In this document: positions 1 through 12,033 of the stretch, one piece after another
Layout: each line of letters begins with the position of its first letter
Numbering within the stretch: the first letter of the stretch is position 1
From: Candidatus Thermosaccharophagus tengchongensis
GTDB taxonomy: Bacteria; Armatimonadota; Fervidibacteria; Fervidibacterales; Thermosaccharophagaceae
DNA length: 64,000 nt
Reading direction: 5' to 3' (one strand)
Assembly: GCA_032161105.1 (NCBI GenBank)
Contig: JAVHTD010000002.1
Notes under the pieces: generated by a model
What the model was told of the DNA's origin: nothing
The model's input: only the letters and a program-made list of their open reading frames with translations
Database searches by the model: none
Translations under genes and position numbers: made by a program

Positions 1-1
1 T

Positions 2-799
2 TGCGCTCCAACTGGCGCAACGATACGATTGCTTAACTTCCCGGAAGTGCTGCAGTGGTATATGAAGCGCCTGTTCCCAGTGGAGAGGTATGTCGTTGGC
101 ACAATTCGCAAGTTCAAGCGCGAGATATTTTCCGTTCCACTCCCGAGTGATGCCGTCTTTGATACGATACAGCGCATGTATGCGAATGTGGATGAGATGC
201 GCGACATATTGCTTGACCCGCGGGTGACAACGATACGCCTCGTTCTCAATCCGGAGAAGATGGTCATACAGGAAACGAGGCGCGCTTACACGTATCTTAA
301 CCTCTTCGGCTTTCACACCGATGCCATTATCGCAAACAAGGTCTTCCCCGAGGAGATCACCGACCTATATTTCTCCGAGTGGAAGAAGGTGCAAAAGGCT
401 TACTTGGAGGAGGTTGAGGCGTCGTTTCCGAACCTACCGATATTTAAGGTGAGGTTTTATCGGCACGAAGTCGTCGGTTTAGAGAGCCTCCGCAGAATGG
501 CACATGATACATTCGGCGACAGCGACCCAACCCAAATATTCGCTCAGGATGAACCAATGCAGATAATCAAGGAGGGCAGCAATTATACGCTTGTCCTGAA
601 GCTGCCGTTCGTCTCTCATAGGGAAGTTGACCTCTATCAGAAGGGCGATGAGCTCATAGTCAGGATTGGGAACTTCAAGCGCAACATCATCTTGCCTATG
701 GTGCTCGCTCGCCTTGAAGTGGTTAATGCCAAGTTCGTTGAAGACAAACTCCACATACGCTTTACTGACAAGCGAAGACCAAAATCACACCATCAGTAG
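2..799 (+). CDS. ArsA/GET3-family ATPase with C-terminal HSP20-like domain (5' partial)
   Basis: Frame is open from base 2 and reads CAPTGATIRLL (end of the switch II D-x-A-P-T-G motif); contains LVLNPEKMVIQETRRAYTYLNL and a beta-rich C-terminal ArsA_HSP20-type tail. Confidence 0.85.
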   Translation, partial: CAPTGATIRLLNFPEVLQWYMKRLFPVERYVVGTIRKFKREIFSVPLPSDAVFDTIQRMYANVDEMRDILLDPRVTTIRLVLNPEKMVIQETRRAYTYLNLFGFHTDAIIANKVFPEEITDLYFSEWKKVQKAYLEEVEASFPNLPIFKVRFYRHEVVGLESLRRMAHDTFGDSDPTQIFAQDEPMQIIKEGSNYTLVLKLPFVSHREVDLYQKGDELIVRIGNFKRNIILPMVLARLEVVNAKFVEDKLHIRFTDKRRPKSHHQ

Positions 800-927
800 T
801 GCGGCTTCGGCTGTGAATTCAATGCATCAATGCAAGTGGGTTTAGCTGCGAGCTTAGCACATGGGTGCGAATGGCTTCAGCCACAAGCTTAAGCGTTCCT
901 GAGCGTTACTTACATCGTTTGAAAAAG

Positions 928-2154
928 TTAAGCGCCGAGCCCTGCCGCACCCCTTCTTATGCCCCTTTCACTTTCAATCTTTTGTTGGTAGCCGCTTTGT
1001 CTGTATGCCATAAGCGGGTCAAGTGGGACCCCCATTTCCTCCCGCACAACCATAAGCAGCGGTGTCACATCGGTATTAAACGCATCCTGAAGGATTTGCT
1101 CAGCCATGACAACATCGCATTTTTCCTGTGCGCTGTAAAGTTCGCCTCTCGGGATAAGCAACGCCTTCGCGTATGCGGTTTGGATGTTGATTATGGTCTG
1201 GATCATCTCCTCTATCTTTGGCTTAATGTTTGCTGCCTGATCAACCATGAATGCCACCTTCAAGTTGAGCTCATCTTCAGCGGTGACTATCTCTTTGAGG
1301 ATGAGGAACAACTCATACGGGTTGATGGAGCCTGTTGTCAGGTCATCATCCGCATACTTTCGGTTGTTGAAGTGAAAGCCGCCAAGCTTACCCTCGTCAA
1401 TTAAGAAAGCGACGATGTGTTCAATGTTTGTGCCATGCGGGTGGTGACCCAAGTCAACGAGCACCTTTGCCCTCTCGCCGCACTTTTGCGCGAACACATA
1501 AGCCATACCCCAATCGGCGATGTCGGTGTGGTAAAACGCTGGCTCAAAGAACTTGTATTCAATGAGCATCGTCATGTCCTGAGGCATTGCCTCATATACC
1601 TCCTGCAGGCATTCAATCATGCGGTGCTTGCGTCTCCGAAAGTCATCTTGCCCTGGGTGGTTAGTTCCGTCGGCAAACCAAAGGCTCAAGATGTTTGAGC
1701 CAACTTGCTTGGCTATCTCAATTGAATCAATGATGTGTCTCACGGCACGCTTTCTAACTTCTGCATCTGGGCTTGCTATGCTCCCATACTTGTAGCACTG
1801 GTCCTGAAACACATTTGGGTTCACCGAACCAATCCTTAAGCCGAGTTGCTCTGCGTATTCCTTTACGCCGTCCACTTTGCCATCCGGGAAGTCCCAGAGA
1901 ACATGCACTGCCACCGATGGCGCTACACCGGTGAACTTGTTAACCTGCGCTGCATCCTCAAGCTTCTCATAGATGGTCACTGCTGCGCCGGGTTGATAAA
2001 ATATGCCAAAGCGGGTTCCCGAATCTGCATATGCCCATGAGGGAGTTTCAATTTCAAGCGCCTTAAGCCTCGCCTTCACCGCCTCAATGTCAATTCCCTT
2101 CTCGGCAAGCGTGTCGGCAAGCATTTTGTATTCCTCCTTGTATCGCTTTCTCAT
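928..2154 (-). CDS. rhaI: L-rhamnose isomerase (RhaI type, xylose isomerase-like)
   Basis: Motifs [32 protein letters not shown] and [15 protein letters not shown] at 2154 chosen because GGGGTGA lies upstream. Confidence 0.85.
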   Translation of the reverse strand: MRKRYKEEYKMLADTLAEKGIDIEAVKARLKALEIETPSWAYADSGTRFGIFYQPGAAVTIYEKLEDAAQVNKFTGVAPSVAVHVLWDFPDGKVDGVKEYAEQLGLRIGSVNPNVFQDQCYKYGSIASPDAEVRKRAVRHIIDSIEIAKQVGSNILSLWFADGTNHPGQDDFRRRKHRMIECLQEVYEAMPQDMTMLIEYKFFEPAFYHTDIADWGMAYVFAQKCGERAKVLVDLGHHPHGTNIEHIVAFLIDEGKLGGFHFNNRKYADDDLTTGSINPYELFLILKEIVTAEDELNLKVAFMVDQAANIKPKIEEMIQTIINIQTAYAKALLIPRGELYSAQEKCDVVMAEQILQDAFNTDVTPLLMVVREEMGVPLDPLMAYRQSGYQQKIESERGIRRGAAGLGA

Positions 2155-2384
2155 GCTCTTCACCCCCGAGCTCTTCAATTGCATCAGCATTCATCTGAAT
2201 ACCCCTCACTTCGCGGGTATGCTTGTTTTTCGTGGTGAGTGCAATTCAAGGCGGGTTTAAACGGGTGATCCACGATGTGAGTTTCGCCTACAAACTCGCT
2301 TTGCGGCAATGCCGCTCTTTTTAGTGACTTCGGTCTGGTGTGACGAATTGCAAAAAGATGTTCACATAGCCCCTGCCATTCTGC

Positions 2385-2429
2385 TGGGGAGCCAGCATCC
2401 TTAGATTCACTTGTGATGCTGGCTCCCCA
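2385..2429 (-). terminator. Hairpin, probable terminator downstream of the 2448-3440 gene
   Basis: Perfect 15-bp inverted repeat TGGGGAGCCAGCATC/GATGCTGGCTCCCCA with a 15-nt loop; no clear U-tract. Confidence 0.5.
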
Positions 2430-2447
2430 AAGGTGTTGGAGCAGTCT

Positions 2448-3440
2448 CTACCTTTCAAATGCGGCTTCAAACCTTATCTCCGATGGCTTGAACTGCAACT
2501 TGCGGACAAACTCGCAGGCTTCCTTTGCGCCGTGTTCTCTATCCATGCCGCTGTCTTCCCACTCAACCGAAAGCGGGCCGTTATAGCCTATGTTGTTCAG
2601 AGCGCGAATTATCTCCTCAAAGTTTATCCCGCCCCTCCCCGGTGAGCGGAAGTCCCAACCTCTCCTCGGATCCCCAAACGGCAGGTGAGACGAGAGGATG
2701 CCGCTTCTCCCATCAAGCGTGGTGATGGCATCCTTCACATGCATGTGGAATATGCGATCGGGAAATTCGTAAATGAACTTGACTGGGTCAACGCCCTGCC
2801 AGTGTAGGTGGCTCGGATCAAAATTGAATCCGAACGCCGGATGGTAATCCACAGCCTCAAGGGCTTTCCTCGCCGTGTATAGGTCAAACGCGATTTCTGT
2901 CGGATGAACTTCAAGAGCAAACTTCACACCACATGCCTCAAATTCATCCAGTATAGGCTTCCACACCTGCGCGAACTTCTTGAACCCATCCTCAATCATT
3001 TGCGGCGGCACTGGTGGGAACGGATAGACAAGATGCCATATTGGTGAACCAGTAAATCCGTTTACGACCTGCACGCCGAGGTTTTTTGCAGCCCTTGCTG
3101 TGAGCTTCATTTCCTCAATTGCTCTCTCGCGAACTCCATCCGGATTGCCATCTCCCCAAACATGCTCAGGGAGGATGGCTTTGTGCCGTTCATCAATTGG
3201 ATCAAGCACAGCTTGTCCAGCAAGGTGATTGCTAATAGCCCACACATTGAGACCATATCTTGCAAGGAGCTGCTTTCGCTCCTCGCAATACTTTGGATCT
3301 TCAACGGCTTTGCGCACATCAAAGTGGTCACCCCAACAGGCGAGTTCGAGCCCGTCATAACCCCACTCGCTCGCCTTTTGTGCGAGGGTCTCAAGAGGCA
3401 TATCAGCCCACTGACCTGTGAACAATGTCACCGGACGCAT
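2448..3440 (-). CDS. Sugar phosphate isomerase/epimerase (AP endonuclease family 2 TIM barrel)
   Basis: Metal-binding motifs ALEVHP, FDPSH, HMHVKD and LSVEWED. Confidence 0.85.
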   Translation of the reverse strand: MRPVTLFTGQWADMPLETLAQKASEWGYDGLELACWGDHFDVRKAVEDPKYCEERKQLLARYGLNVWAISNHLAGQAVLDPIDERHKAILPEHVWGDGNPDGVRERAIEEMKLTARAAKNLGVQVVNGFTGSPIWHLVYPFPPVPPQMIEDGFKKFAQVWKPILDEFEACGVKFALEVHPTEIAFDLYTARKALEAVDYHPAFGFNFDPSHLHWQGVDPVKFIYEFPDRIFHMHVKDAITTLDGRSGILSSHLPFGDPRRGWDFRSPGRGGINFEEIIRALNNIGYNGPLSVEWEDSGMDREHGAKEACEFVRKLQFKPSEIRFEAAFER

Positions 3441-3959
3441 CCTTATCCACCTCCCAGTCCCCGTGGTGAGCGGATGTGGTTTACAGTCATGCAGTCAATA
3501 AATATGATGCATTGTGGAGCAGGTTGTGTCAAACGCAGTCCTTTAGTGCATTGTTGCAGCGGATGCTCCAAACCGACGACCGAGCCTTAGTTGCTCTCGC
3601 TAAGTTAAAAAAACCAAGCGGTGCGAAGTGGTTGAATCAGATTTGTTGAGCATATGTTGGTTCATCAACGGTGCGTCCCTTTACAAGGGGATTTGATGAC
3701 GCTAAAATAAAAGCATGACTATGGTGGTTGAGCGTTGGCGTTGTATTGCGCGTTGGTGCTATCTTGAACCACTGCAGGTTTCAATCATGAAAGTTCCAAC
3801 CGCGCAGACAGTGCTCATAGGCAAAGAGTGGCGAAAGGCTTTTAGTGTGTTATCATGCTATGTCGTCAGAGGGCGTGGGAGGCAGCGAATGCAATGCATT
3901 CGCTGCAGGGCGCCTTAAGACGCCGAGATGGAATGTTAATGTGGGCTGCCTCTCTGCTG

Positions 3960-3990
3960 CCCCTCTGGCGTAGCCAGAGGGGTAATTTTT
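3960..3990 (+). promoter_or_regulatory. Terminator-like hairpin in the rpsL leader
   Basis: CCCCTCTGGC-GTA-GCCAGAGGGG followed by TAATTTTTT, about 45 nt before the rpsL start. Confidence 0.5.
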
Positions 3991-4032
3991 TGCGATGCAG
4001 AGTATGCTTAAGCACGAGAGGGTGATTGAAGG

Positions 4033-4452
4033 ATGCCAACAATCAACCAGATAGTAAAGGGTGCCCGTAAGCCGAAGAAACATCGCACAAAGACACCGGC
4101 TCTAAAATACCGTTATAACGCTCTTAAGGGGAAGCTTATATACGACCCGCAAGGTGCGCCGATGTTGCGCGGTGTGTGCATATCGGTGCGAACCATGACG
4201 CCGAAGAAACCGAACTCGGCATTGCGCAAGATAGCAAAGGTTCGCTTAAGCAACAGGCGAGTCATCACTGCTTACATCCCGGGTGTCGGACACAATCTAC
4301 AGGAGCACAGCGTTGTGCTTGTGAGGGGCGGACGAGTTAAGGACCTCCCAGGCATAAGATACAAAGTCGTTAGAGGCGCGCTTGACTGTGCCGGAGTTGA
4401 GGGGAGGAGGAAAGCCCGCTCGGTCTATGGTGCCAAGAGACCGAAATCTTAA
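4033..4452 (+). CDS. rpsL: 30S ribosomal protein S12
   Basis: MPTINQ start; [10 protein letters not shown] and RVKDLPG. Confidence 0.98.
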   Translation: MPTINQIVKGARKPKKHRTKTPALKYRYNALKGKLIYDPQGAPMLRGVCISVRTMTPKKPNSALRKIAKVRLSNRRVITAYIPGVGHNLQEHSVVLVRGGRVKDLPGIRYKVVRGALDCAGVEGRRKARSVYGAKRPKS

Positions 4453-4488
4453 TTTGTGTTACGAATTGATGAAATGAGGTGAAATGGG

Positions 4489-4962
4489 ATGCCAAGGAGA
4501 GGACCAGTTCCGCCGAGGGAAATCCCGCCAGACCCGGTTTACGGAAGTGTGCTCATACACAAGCTCATTAACCAAATCATGCGGAAGGGCAAGAAGAGCA
4601 TCGCAGAGAAAATCATGTATGGCTCGCTGTTGCTGATACATCAACGAACAAAGCGCAATCCGCTTGATGTGCTTGCTAACGCTATACGCAATGTCATGCC
4701 TGTGGTTGAAGTTCGTCCAAGGCGTGTTGGCGGTGCGACATATCAAGTGCCAATGGAAGTTCGCCCAACGAGGCGAGTCAGTTTGGCACTCCGTTGGCTT
4801 GTTCAGGCGGCGAGACAGCGCAAGGGCAGGACGATGGCTCACAGGCTTGCGGATGAAATCATTGATGCTTCTAACAATCAAGGGGGCGCAGTTAGGATAA
4901 AGGAGGAAGTGCACAGAATAGCGGAGGCAAACAGAGCATTTGCTCACTATCGTTGGTTCTAA
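4489..4962 (+). CDS. rpsG: 30S ribosomal protein S7
   Basis: [11 protein letters not shown] and [12 protein letters not shown]. Confidence 0.98.
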   Translation: MPRRGPVPPREIPPDPVYGSVLIHKLINQIMRKGKKSIAEKIMYGSLLLIHQRTKRNPLDVLANAIRNVMPVVEVRPRRVGGATYQVPMEVRPTRRVSLALRWLVQAARQRKGRTMAHRLADEIIDASNNQGGAVRIKEEVHRIAEANRAFAHYRWF

Positions 4963-4969
4963 CGGTGTG

Positions 4970-7147
4970 ATGCGTATGGTAGAAGTTGATTTTGATGGCA
5001 AGTTGCCGCTTGAAATGACGAGAAATATAGGCATAGTTGCCCACATAGATGCGGGTAAGACGACCACGACCGAGAGGATACTGTTTTACACTGGTCGTGT
5101 GCACCGAATTGGGGAGGTTGACGAAGGGACTGCCACGATGGACTGGATGCAGCAGGAGAAGGAACGAGGAATCACAATAACTTCCGCAGCTACGACTTGT
5201 TATTGGAGGAGAAAAATTGGCGCCGACGAGAAAATCTACCGAATTAACATAATTGACACGCCGGGGCATGTTGACTTCACGGCGGAGGTTGAAAGGTCAC
5301 TAAGAGTTCTTGATGGAGCGATTGTGATTTTATGTGGGGTTGGGGGTGTGCAACCGCAAACTGAGACAGTCTGGAGGCAGGCAAACAAGTATAATGTTCC
5401 GAGAATCGCCTATATAAACAAACTTGACAGAAATGGTGCCGACTTTCACTCAGTTGTGCATCAAATGCGGGAGCGATTGAAATGCAAGGCGATCCTCATT
5501 CAAATCCCGATTGGGCAAGGGGAGGACTTTGAGGGTGTCATTGATCTCATTGAATATCGGGCAATTTACTGGGATGACGAACTTGGGACAGTTATGCGTT
5601 ATGAGCCTATACCCGACAGCATAGAGCCGATTGCCGAGATCTTCAGGAAAGCTTTGGTGGAATGGGTTGTGGAAACCGACGATAAATTGCTCGAAAAATA
5701 CCTCGAGGAGGGGACTATTTCCTCGGAGGACTTGCGTGCAGCTATAAGAAAACAAACGCTGCGTGGCGAGATTGTTCCCGTCCTCTGCGGGGCAAGTTTG
5801 AAAAACAGAGGTGTGCAGCCGCTGCTTGACGCCATTGTTGATTTTCTCCCATCACCGCTTGACATAGGTTTTGTTGAGGGTATGAATCCGGAAAATGGGG
5901 AGAAAGTGAGGAGAAAACTGGCAGAAGATGAACCTCTATGCGCCTTGGCTTTTAAGATCCAAACTGACCCGTATGTTGGTCGGCTAACTTACACAAGGAT
6001 TTATAGCGGTGTTCTAAGAAAAGGTGACACAATTAGCAACTTTTCACGGGGATGCAGGGAGCGAGTTGCACGGATATTGCGCATGCATGCCAATTATAGG
6101 GAGGAAATTGAGGAGTGCAGGGCTGGCGATATCGTTGCCCTTGTTGGATTGCGAAATACATACACGGGAGATACGCTTGGGGCACCGGAATGCCCAATTT
6201 TGCTTGAGCGCATTGAGTTTCCAGAGCCAGTCATATTTAGGGCTGTTGAACCGAAAACGAAAGCCGAGGAAGAAAAACTTATGCAGGCACTCTTAAAATT
6301 GGTCAATGAAGATCCGACATTGAGGCTGAGATTTGACAAAGAAACTGGTCAAACCATATTGGCTGGCATGGGAGAGCTACACCTTGAAATAGCTGAGGAC
6401 AGGCTTCGCAGGGAATTTGGTGTCGTTGCTCGCTTTGGTCAACCGCAGGTTGCATATCAGGAAACCGTGTTGAATTCCGCTATTGGCGAGGGCAAGTATA
6501 TTCGCCAGACTGGAGGGCGTGGGCAATATGGACATGCAATCTTGCATGTCCAGCCTTTGGAGAGGGGTAAAGGGTTAGAGTTTGAAGTTGACATTAAAGG
6601 CGGGATAATACCGGAAGTTTTCATACCGGCGATTGAGGCTGGAGTGCGGGAGGCTGCTGATAGAGGGGTGCTTGCTGGATATCCAGTTGTGGATGTTAAG
6701 ATTACTTTAATTGGCGGTTCATATCACGAGGTTGATTCTTCGGAATATGCCTTTAAGCTTGCGGCAATGGAAGCCTTCAAAAATGCGTGTAAAAGGGCCA
6801 CTTTAACCCTTTTGGAACCCATCATGAAGCTTGAAATTGTGACGCCGAAGGAATATGTGGGAGAAGTTCTTGCAGACTTAAATGCGAGGAGGGCATCTAT
6901 CAGAGGGATGAGGGAAGGCGCGGGGGAGATTATCATCGTTGATGCCGAAGTTCCATTAGCAGAGGTTTTTGGATATGCAACTCAATTGCGCTCGCTAACT
7001 CAAGGTAGGGCATCTTACACAATGGAGCCAGAGCGCTATGCACCGGTGCCTCCAGAGGTGGTTAAGCAAATTGTTCTAAAGCGCGGCTATAGCACATTTG
7101 ACATTCTTCCTCATATTGAGGGAAAAACCATTGGCACGCGGGTTTAA
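4970..7147 (+). CDS. fusA: Elongation factor G (canonical)
   Basis: [22 protein letters not shown] and NKLD; follows rpsG; start could be 4970 or 4976. Confidence 0.97.
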   Translation: MRMVEVDFDGKLPLEMTRNIGIVAHIDAGKTTTTERILFYTGRVHRIGEVDEGTATMDWMQQEKERGITITSAATTCYWRRKIGADEKIYRINIIDTPGHVDFTAEVERSLRVLDGAIVILCGVGGVQPQTETVWRQANKYNVPRIAYINKLDRNGADFHSVVHQMRERLKCKAILIQIPIGQGEDFEGVIDLIEYRAIYWDDELGTVMRYEPIPDSIEPIAEIFRKALVEWVVETDDKLLEKYLEEGTISSEDLRAAIRKQTLRGEIVPVLCGASLKNRGVQPLLDAIVDFLPSPLDIGFVEGMNPENGEKVRRKLAEDEPLCALAFKIQTDPYVGRLTYTRIYSGVLRKGDTISNFSRGCRERVARILRMHANYREEIEECRAGDIVALVGLRNTYTGDTLGAPECPILLERIEFPEPVIFRAVEPKTKAEEEKLMQALLKLVNEDPTLRLRFDKETGQTILAGMGELHLEIAEDRLRREFGVVARFGQPQVAYQETVLNSAIGEGKYIRQTGGRGQYGHAILHVQPLERGKGLEFEVDIKGGIIPEVFIPAIEAGVREAADRGVLAGYPVVDVKITLIGGSYHEVDSSEYAFKLAAMEAFKNACKRATLTLLEPIMKLEIVTPKEYVGEVLADLNARRASIRGMREGAGEIIIVDAEVPLAEVFGYATQLRSLTQGRASYTMEPERYAPVPPEVVKQIVLKRGYSTFDILPHIEGKTIGTRV

Positions 7148-7164
7148 GGGGGTAAGCGTTTCAT

Positions 7165-7473
7165 ATGGCTGAGGAACGCATCCGAATTAAGTTGAAGGCA
7201 TTTGATCATAAGTTGGTGGATAAATCTGCACAGGATATTGCCAGAGTTGCCCGTGAAACTGGGGCTAAAGTGCGTGGTCCTATACCGCTCCCTACTGATA
7301 GAAAGGTTTGGTGTGTGATTAGGTCACCTTTCATTGACAAGGAATCAATGGAACATTTTGAAATGAGGATTCACAAGCGCTTGATTGACATCATTAACGC
7401 TACAGCCGAGACCATTGAGAGGTTGAGCAAACTTGATTTGCCAAGCGGAGTTGATATAGAAATCAAGCTGTAA
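7165..7473 (+). CDS. rpsJ: 30S ribosomal protein S10
   Basis: [17 protein letters not shown] and HKRLIDI. Confidence 0.98.
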   Translation: MAEERIRIKLKAFDHKLVDKSAQDIARVARETGAKVRGPIPLPTDRKVWCVIRSPFIDKESMEHFEMRIHKRLIDIINATAETIERLSKLDLPSGVDIEIKL

Positions 7474-7492
7474 ATTTTGGGGGTGTAAGGCG

Positions 7493-8116
7493 GTGATAAA
7501 GTCAATAATCGGGAGAAAAGTTGGTATGACATCCATATTTACCGAAGATGGACAGCATATCCCGGTTACAGTTATTCAAGCCGGACCTTGTTATGTGGTT
7601 CAGCGAAAAGTTGTCCAAAAGGACGGGTATTCTGCGATTCAGCTCGGTTATTTGGCGATGCGCGAAAGAAAGGTGAATAAACCGTTACAAGGTCACTTCA
7701 AAAAAGCTGGATTGCCTCCAATGAAATTTTTGTGCGAGTTCCGTATACCAAATGAGGTAAATGTGGAAGTCGGGTCGGAAATAACGGTTAACTCGTTCAA
7801 GCCCGGCGATGTAGTGAAAGTTACGGGAACCTCAAAGGGTCGGGGATTTGCAGGTGTGATGAAGCGGTGGGGTATGAGTGGTCAAAGGGACTCACATGGT
7901 TCAAGGTATCATCGTCAACCAGCATCACTTGGACCGCAAGGTCCACAGCGAGTGTTCAAAGGGCATAAAATGCCGGGAAGATTTGGGGGAAAAACGGTGA
8001 CTATCCGCGGGTTAACTGTTGTTGGTGTGGATCCTGAAAATCATCTTCTTCTCATAAAGGGTAGCGTTCCCGGATGGAAAGGGAGTTTGGTAAAAATTCA
8101 GGAAGACAAGCCATAA
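7493..8116 (+). CDS. rplC: 50S ribosomal protein L3
   Basis: GRKVGMT, SKGRGFAGVMKRW and IKGSVPG. Confidence 0.97.
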   Translation: MIKSIIGRKVGMTSIFTEDGQHIPVTVIQAGPCYVVQRKVVQKDGYSAIQLGYLAMRERKVNKPLQGHFKKAGLPPMKFLCEFRIPNEVNVEVGSEITVNSFKPGDVVKVTGTSKGRGFAGVMKRWGMSGQRDSHGSRYHRQPASLGPQGPQRVFKGHKMPGRFGGKTVTIRGLTVVGVDPENHLLLIKGSVPGWKGSLVKIQEDKP

Positions 8117-8132
8117 AAGACAGGTGATTGGC

Positions 8133-8762
8133 ATGGACATTCCGGTATACAATCTTGAAGGAGAGCAAGTTGGGATTTATACTATTCCTGACGAGCTGCT
8201 ATCCGTCAAGATTAACAAATCTCTTGTGCACCAAGTTGTTATCTCATATCTTGCTAACATGAGGCAAGGGACACATTCAACAAAAACTCGCAAAGAAGTT
8301 AGAGGTGGGGGCAGAAAACCATGGCCGCAAAAGGGAACGGGTAGAGCAAGGCAAGGGTCTATAAGAGCCCCTCAATGGCGTGGTGGTGGCAAAGTGCATA
8401 CTCCTAAGCCGCTTGATTGGGATGTAAAGATAAACAAAAACATGCGAAAGCAGGCAATAAAAATGGCGTGGATTGACAAAATAAGAAGTAACGATATAGT
8501 TTTGTTGAGCGAACTTGATTTTGAAAAGCCGAAAACAAAGCAGATGTATCGGTTGCTAAAGGCGCTTGGTTTGAGCGACAACAAAGTCCTACTTTTGATG
8601 AGGGAATTTAACCAAAATGTTTTCCTATCGGCAAGAAACCTGCCCAATGTATTTATGCTTCCATATTATCAACCATCAGCATACGATTTGATAAATGCGC
8701 AGAAAATTTTAACAACTTGCGATGTAATGGATAGGATAGTAAAGGAGAGGATTGCATCATGA
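8133..8762 (+). CDS. rplD: 50S ribosomal protein L4
   Basis: RQGTHSTK and KPWPQKGTGRARQGS. Confidence 0.97.
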   Translation: MDIPVYNLEGEQVGIYTIPDELLSVKINKSLVHQVVISYLANMRQGTHSTKTRKEVRGGGRKPWPQKGTGRARQGSIRAPQWRGGGKVHTPKPLDWDVKINKNMRKQAIKMAWIDKIRSNDIVLLSELDFEKPKTKQMYRLLKALGLSDNKVLLLMREFNQNVFLSARNLPNVFMLPYYQPSAYDLINAQKILTTCDVMDRIVKERIAS

Positions 8763-9061
8763 CAAGCATCCGGCGAGATCCATCAAATGTAGTGATACAG
8801 CCAATATTGACGGAAAAAAGTGCAAAGCTGGCAGCTGAGTTAAATCAGTATACATTTAAAGTGCGCTTAGATGCTACAAAGCCAGAAATTAGGCAAGCTA
8901 TTGAAAAGTTATTTAATGTTGATGTTGAGTGGGTCAACACCATGATTGTAAAGGGGAAACCGCGCGGGATGAGATGGCTCAACCGAGGCAGAACATCAAG
9001 ATGGAAGAAAGCGATCGTTAAGGTTAAAGAAGGGCAGAAAATAGGCATATTTGAGGTATGA
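8759..9061 (+). CDS. rplW: 50S ribosomal protein L23
   Basis: PILTEKS and WKKAIV; operon position. Confidence 0.96.
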   Translation: MTSIRRDPSNVVIQPILTEKSAKLAAELNQYTFKVRLDATKPEIRQAIEKLFNVDVEWVNTMIVKGKPRGMRWLNRGRTSRWKKAIVKVKEGQKIGIFEV

Positions 9062-9071
9062 GGTGAGGATC

Positions 9072-9935
9072 ATGCCGATAAGGCTGAAAAAACCGATCAC
9101 GCCTGGACAAAGATTTATGACTGTTTCAACATTTGAAGAGATAACAAAGGATGAGCCAGAAAAATCATTGACTGAAATACTCAAGAAGCACAGTGGGCGA
9201 AATAATCAGGGTAAAGTTACTGTCCGATTCAGAGGCGGTGGGAATAAGAGATTTTACCGCATAGTTGACTTTAAACGAGATAAGGACGGAATCCCGGCAA
9301 AAGTTATAGCGATTGAGTATGACCCGAACAGATCGGCGAGGCTTGCATTGCTCAGATATGCTGATGGAGAAAAACGGTATATACTGTGGCCAGAAGGGGT
9401 GAAAGTGGGGGATATTTTAATGTCCGGGGAAGATGCGGAAATAAAGCCGGGGAATGCCCTACCGCTTGAGAAAATTCCGGATGGAACCTTTATTCACAAC
9501 ATAGAACTTGAGCCGGGTAAAGGCGGACAGCTTGTCAGGGCTGCTGGAACCGCTGCTCAGCTTATGGCGAAGGAAGGGAAATATGCTCATATCAAACTGC
9601 CCTCTGGAGAAGTTCGGTTGATTAATGTGAAGTGCAAAGCAACAATAGGTAGAGTTGGCAATGTTGATCATGAATTGATAGTGATTGGAAAGGCTGGGCG
9701 GGCGAGACATATGGGATGGAGACCACATGTTCGAGGAAAAGCAATGAATGTTGATGATCATCCGCATGGAGGTGGCGAGGGAAAGGCACCAATAGGCATG
9801 GATGCACCGAAATCGCCTTGGGGTTGGAAAACCCTTGGGGTCAAAACGAGAAAGGAGCGAAAACCGTCCAGTAAGTTCATAGTAAAGCGCAGAAGGGTTG
9901 GGTATGGAGATAGAAGATTGAAAGAGCAAAGGTAA
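9072..9935 (+). CDS. rplB: 50S ribosomal protein L2
   Basis: [15 protein letters not shown] and DHPHGGGEG. Confidence 0.98.
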   Translation: MPIRLKKPITPGQRFMTVSTFEEITKDEPEKSLTEILKKHSGRNNQGKVTVRFRGGGNKRFYRIVDFKRDKDGIPAKVIAIEYDPNRSARLALLRYADGEKRYILWPEGVKVGDILMSGEDAEIKPGNALPLEKIPDGTFIHNIELEPGKGGQLVRAAGTAAQLMAKEGKYAHIKLPSGEVRLINVKCKATIGRVGNVDHELIVIGKAGRARHMGWRPHVRGKAMNVDDHPHGGGEGKAPIGMDAPKSPWGWKTLGVKTRKERKPSSKFIVKRRRVGYGDRRLKEQR

Positions 9936-9952
9936 CTGCTGGGGGGATCATC

Positions 9953-10237
9953 ATGGGGCGTTCATTGAAAAAGGGTCCATATTGTGACCCTAAATTGCTC
10001 AAAAAAATAAGGGAAATGAACCAAACTGGCGAAAAGCGCGTCATAAAGACTTGGTCGCGGCGTTCCACGATCTTTCCCGAAATGGTTGGACACACGATTG
10101 CTGTTTATGATGGTAGGAGACACATTCCCGTATACATTACTGAAGCCATGGTTGGGCATAAACTTGGAGAATTTGCCCCAACAAGAGGGCATAGAAAGCA
10201 TGGTGAGCCAACCGAACGCTCAACAGCGTTGAAATAG
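9953..10237 (+). CDS. rpsS: 30S ribosomal protein S19
   Basis: RSLKKGP and [11 protein letters not shown]. Confidence 0.98.
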   Translation: MGRSLKKGPYCDPKLLKKIREMNQTGEKRVIKTWSRRSTIFPEMVGHTIAVYDGRRHIPVYITEAMVGHKLGEFAPTRGHRKHGEPTERSTALK

Positions 10238-10267
10238 CCCATAAGGTGTGGAAAGAGGGATTGAACT

Positions 10268-10609
10268 ATGGAAGTTAGAAGCGTTGGACGATATATAAGA
10301 GTTTCGCCAAGGAAAGCCAGAAGAGTAGCGTGCTTAGTCAAGGGAAAGCGGGTTGATGAGGCGTTAAACATTCTCTTAACAATTCCATCAAAGCCTGCAA
10401 GGTATATTCATAAGCTCCTCAAGTGTGCCGTAGGAAATGCTGAAAATGACTACGAACTGGATAGGGAAAGCCTGTATGTGAAGAATGTAATTGTTGACCA
10501 AGGTCCAATGCTGAAAAGGTGGATACCGAGGGCTCGCGGCAGGGCGGACATGATTCGCAAGCGCACAAGTCATATAACTGTCATAATTCAATCCATTGGT
10601 GAAGATTAG
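10268..10609 (+). CDS. rplV: 50S ribosomal protein L22
   Basis: SPRKAR, PRARGRA and KRTSHIT. Confidence 0.97.
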   Translation: MEVRSVGRYIRVSPRKARRVACLVKGKRVDEALNILLTIPSKPARYIHKLLKCAVGNAENDYELDRESLYVKNVIVDQGPMLKRWIPRARGRADMIRKRTSHITVIIQSIGED

Positions 10610-10623
10610 CGGGGGGTAATGTG

Positions 10624-11367
10624 ATGGGGCAAAAAGTCAACCCAATAGGGCTAAGAATAGGCGTAAATAAGGAATGGCTAAGTAAGTGGTTTGCTGATAA
10701 ACAATATCAAGAATATTTGCAAGAAGATTTAAAAATCCGAAATCACATTAAGAAAAAGTTAAAGGATGCTGGCATCCCAAGGATTGAAATTGAGCGAAAA
10801 TCAAGGCTTGTCATCGTAACAATTTATGCTGCCCGACCGGGGATGGTTATTGGACATAGGGGGAGAGGAGTTGAGGAGTTGAAAAAAGAGCTTGAGGAGA
10901 TGACGGGGCGTGAGATGCATATAACCGTCAAAGAGGTGGAGAACCCGGAGCTTGAAGCTCAACTTGTTGCGGAAAATATAGCTCAACAGATTGAGAGGCG
11001 CGTCTCGTGGCGTAGAGCAATGCGCCAGGCGATATTGAGGTCCATGAGCGCTGGTGCACAAGGCATAAAGGTGATTGTCAGTGGGAGACTTGGTGGAGCC
11101 GAACTTGCACGGGACGAAAGCTTGATGGATGGAAAAGTTCCGCTGCACACATTGAGAGCGGATATTGACTATGGCTTTAGTGAGGCGAAAACAAAATATG
11201 GCATGATAGGGGTGCATGTGTGGATTTATCGCGGTGATATCATAGAAAAAGCTGAGGAACGCTTGGTGCTTGCGGCGAGGGCTGGGAAGCCAATAGCGCC
11301 CAGACTCCTCGTCGCAGCCACTGAACTTGAGGAGGAGGCAGAAGATGTTACAGCCGAGGAGGCGTAA
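10624..11367 (+). CDS. rpsC: 30S ribosomal protein S3
   Basis: [11 protein letters not shown] and [11 protein letters not shown]; acidic C-terminal tail. Confidence 0.97.
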   Translation: MGQKVNPIGLRIGVNKEWLSKWFADKQYQEYLQEDLKIRNHIKKKLKDAGIPRIEIERKSRLVIVTIYAARPGMVIGHRGRGVEELKKELEEMTGREMHITVKEVENPELEAQLVAENIAQQIERRVSWRRAMRQAILRSMSAGAQGIKVIVSGRLGGAELARDESLMDGKVPLHTLRADIDYGFSEAKTKYGMIGVHVWIYRGDIIEKAEERLVLAARAGKPIAPRLLVAATELEEEAEDVTAEEA

Positions 11368-11767
11368 ATATCGCAAGGAACAACGCGGGGCATGTAGAGG
11401 GAAAGCCACAAGGACAAACACGATCGTAAATGGTGAATTTGCCATTCAAGCGCTCGAGCCGGGCTGGGTTACGGCTCGGCAGATAGAGGCTGCGAGGGTG
11501 GCAATTGCTAACTATGTTCGCAGGGAGGCAAAAGTGTGGATTCGTATTTTCCCATATAAACCTGTGACAAAAAAGCCATTAGAAAGCCGAATGGGTGGCG
11601 GCAAGGGCGACCCGGAGGAGTATGTGGCTGTTGTTAAGCGCGGCACTGTGTTGTTTGAGATTGGGGGAATTAGTGCCGATGTAGCCGTGGAAGCTCTGAG
11701 GAGAGCCTCGCATAAGTTGCCGATAAAAACCCGTATTATTTCGAGAGAGGTGCTTCCGCATGCCTGA
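11345..11767 (+). CDS. rplP: 50S ribosomal protein L16
   Basis: [18 protein letters not shown] and RMGGGKG. Confidence 0.97.
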   Translation: MLQPRRRKYRKEQRGACRGKATRTNTIVNGEFAIQALEPGWVTARQIEAARVAIANYVRREAKVWIRIFPYKPVTKKPLESRMGGGKGDPEEYVAVVKRGTVLFEIGGISADVAVEALRRASHKLPIKTRIISREVLPHA

Positions 11768-11981
11768 AGAGAAGCGCCGAGAACAGTTGCAGAATCTTAG
11801 ACAGCTTTCCCTTAACGAGCTTTTGAAAGAGCTTGAGGAAACCAGAAAAGAGTTGTTTATGACAAGAGCTCAAGTTGCAACTTTCAGCCAAACTAATGTC
11901 GCTCGAATCAGAATGCTAAAGCGAAAGGTGGCACGCATTCTTACAATTTTGAGGGAAAGGGAATTGCTCGGAATTGAGTAG
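11760..11981 (+). CDS. rpmC: 50S ribosomal protein L29
   Basis: RKELF and ARILTILRE; position after rplP. Confidence 0.93.
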   Translation: MPEEKRREQLQNLRQLSLNELLKELEETRKELFMTRAQVATFSQTNVARIRMLKRKVARILTILRERELLGIE

Positions 11982-12033
11982 GACTCCCCAAAAGTTAAGG
12001 ATAACTTATCCAAGTTGGGAGGAGGAGAAACTG

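Noticed and set aside
4095..4160. Insertion in S12 ([12 protein letters not shown])
   Set aside because: A similar insertion is known in many Firmicutes and other lineages
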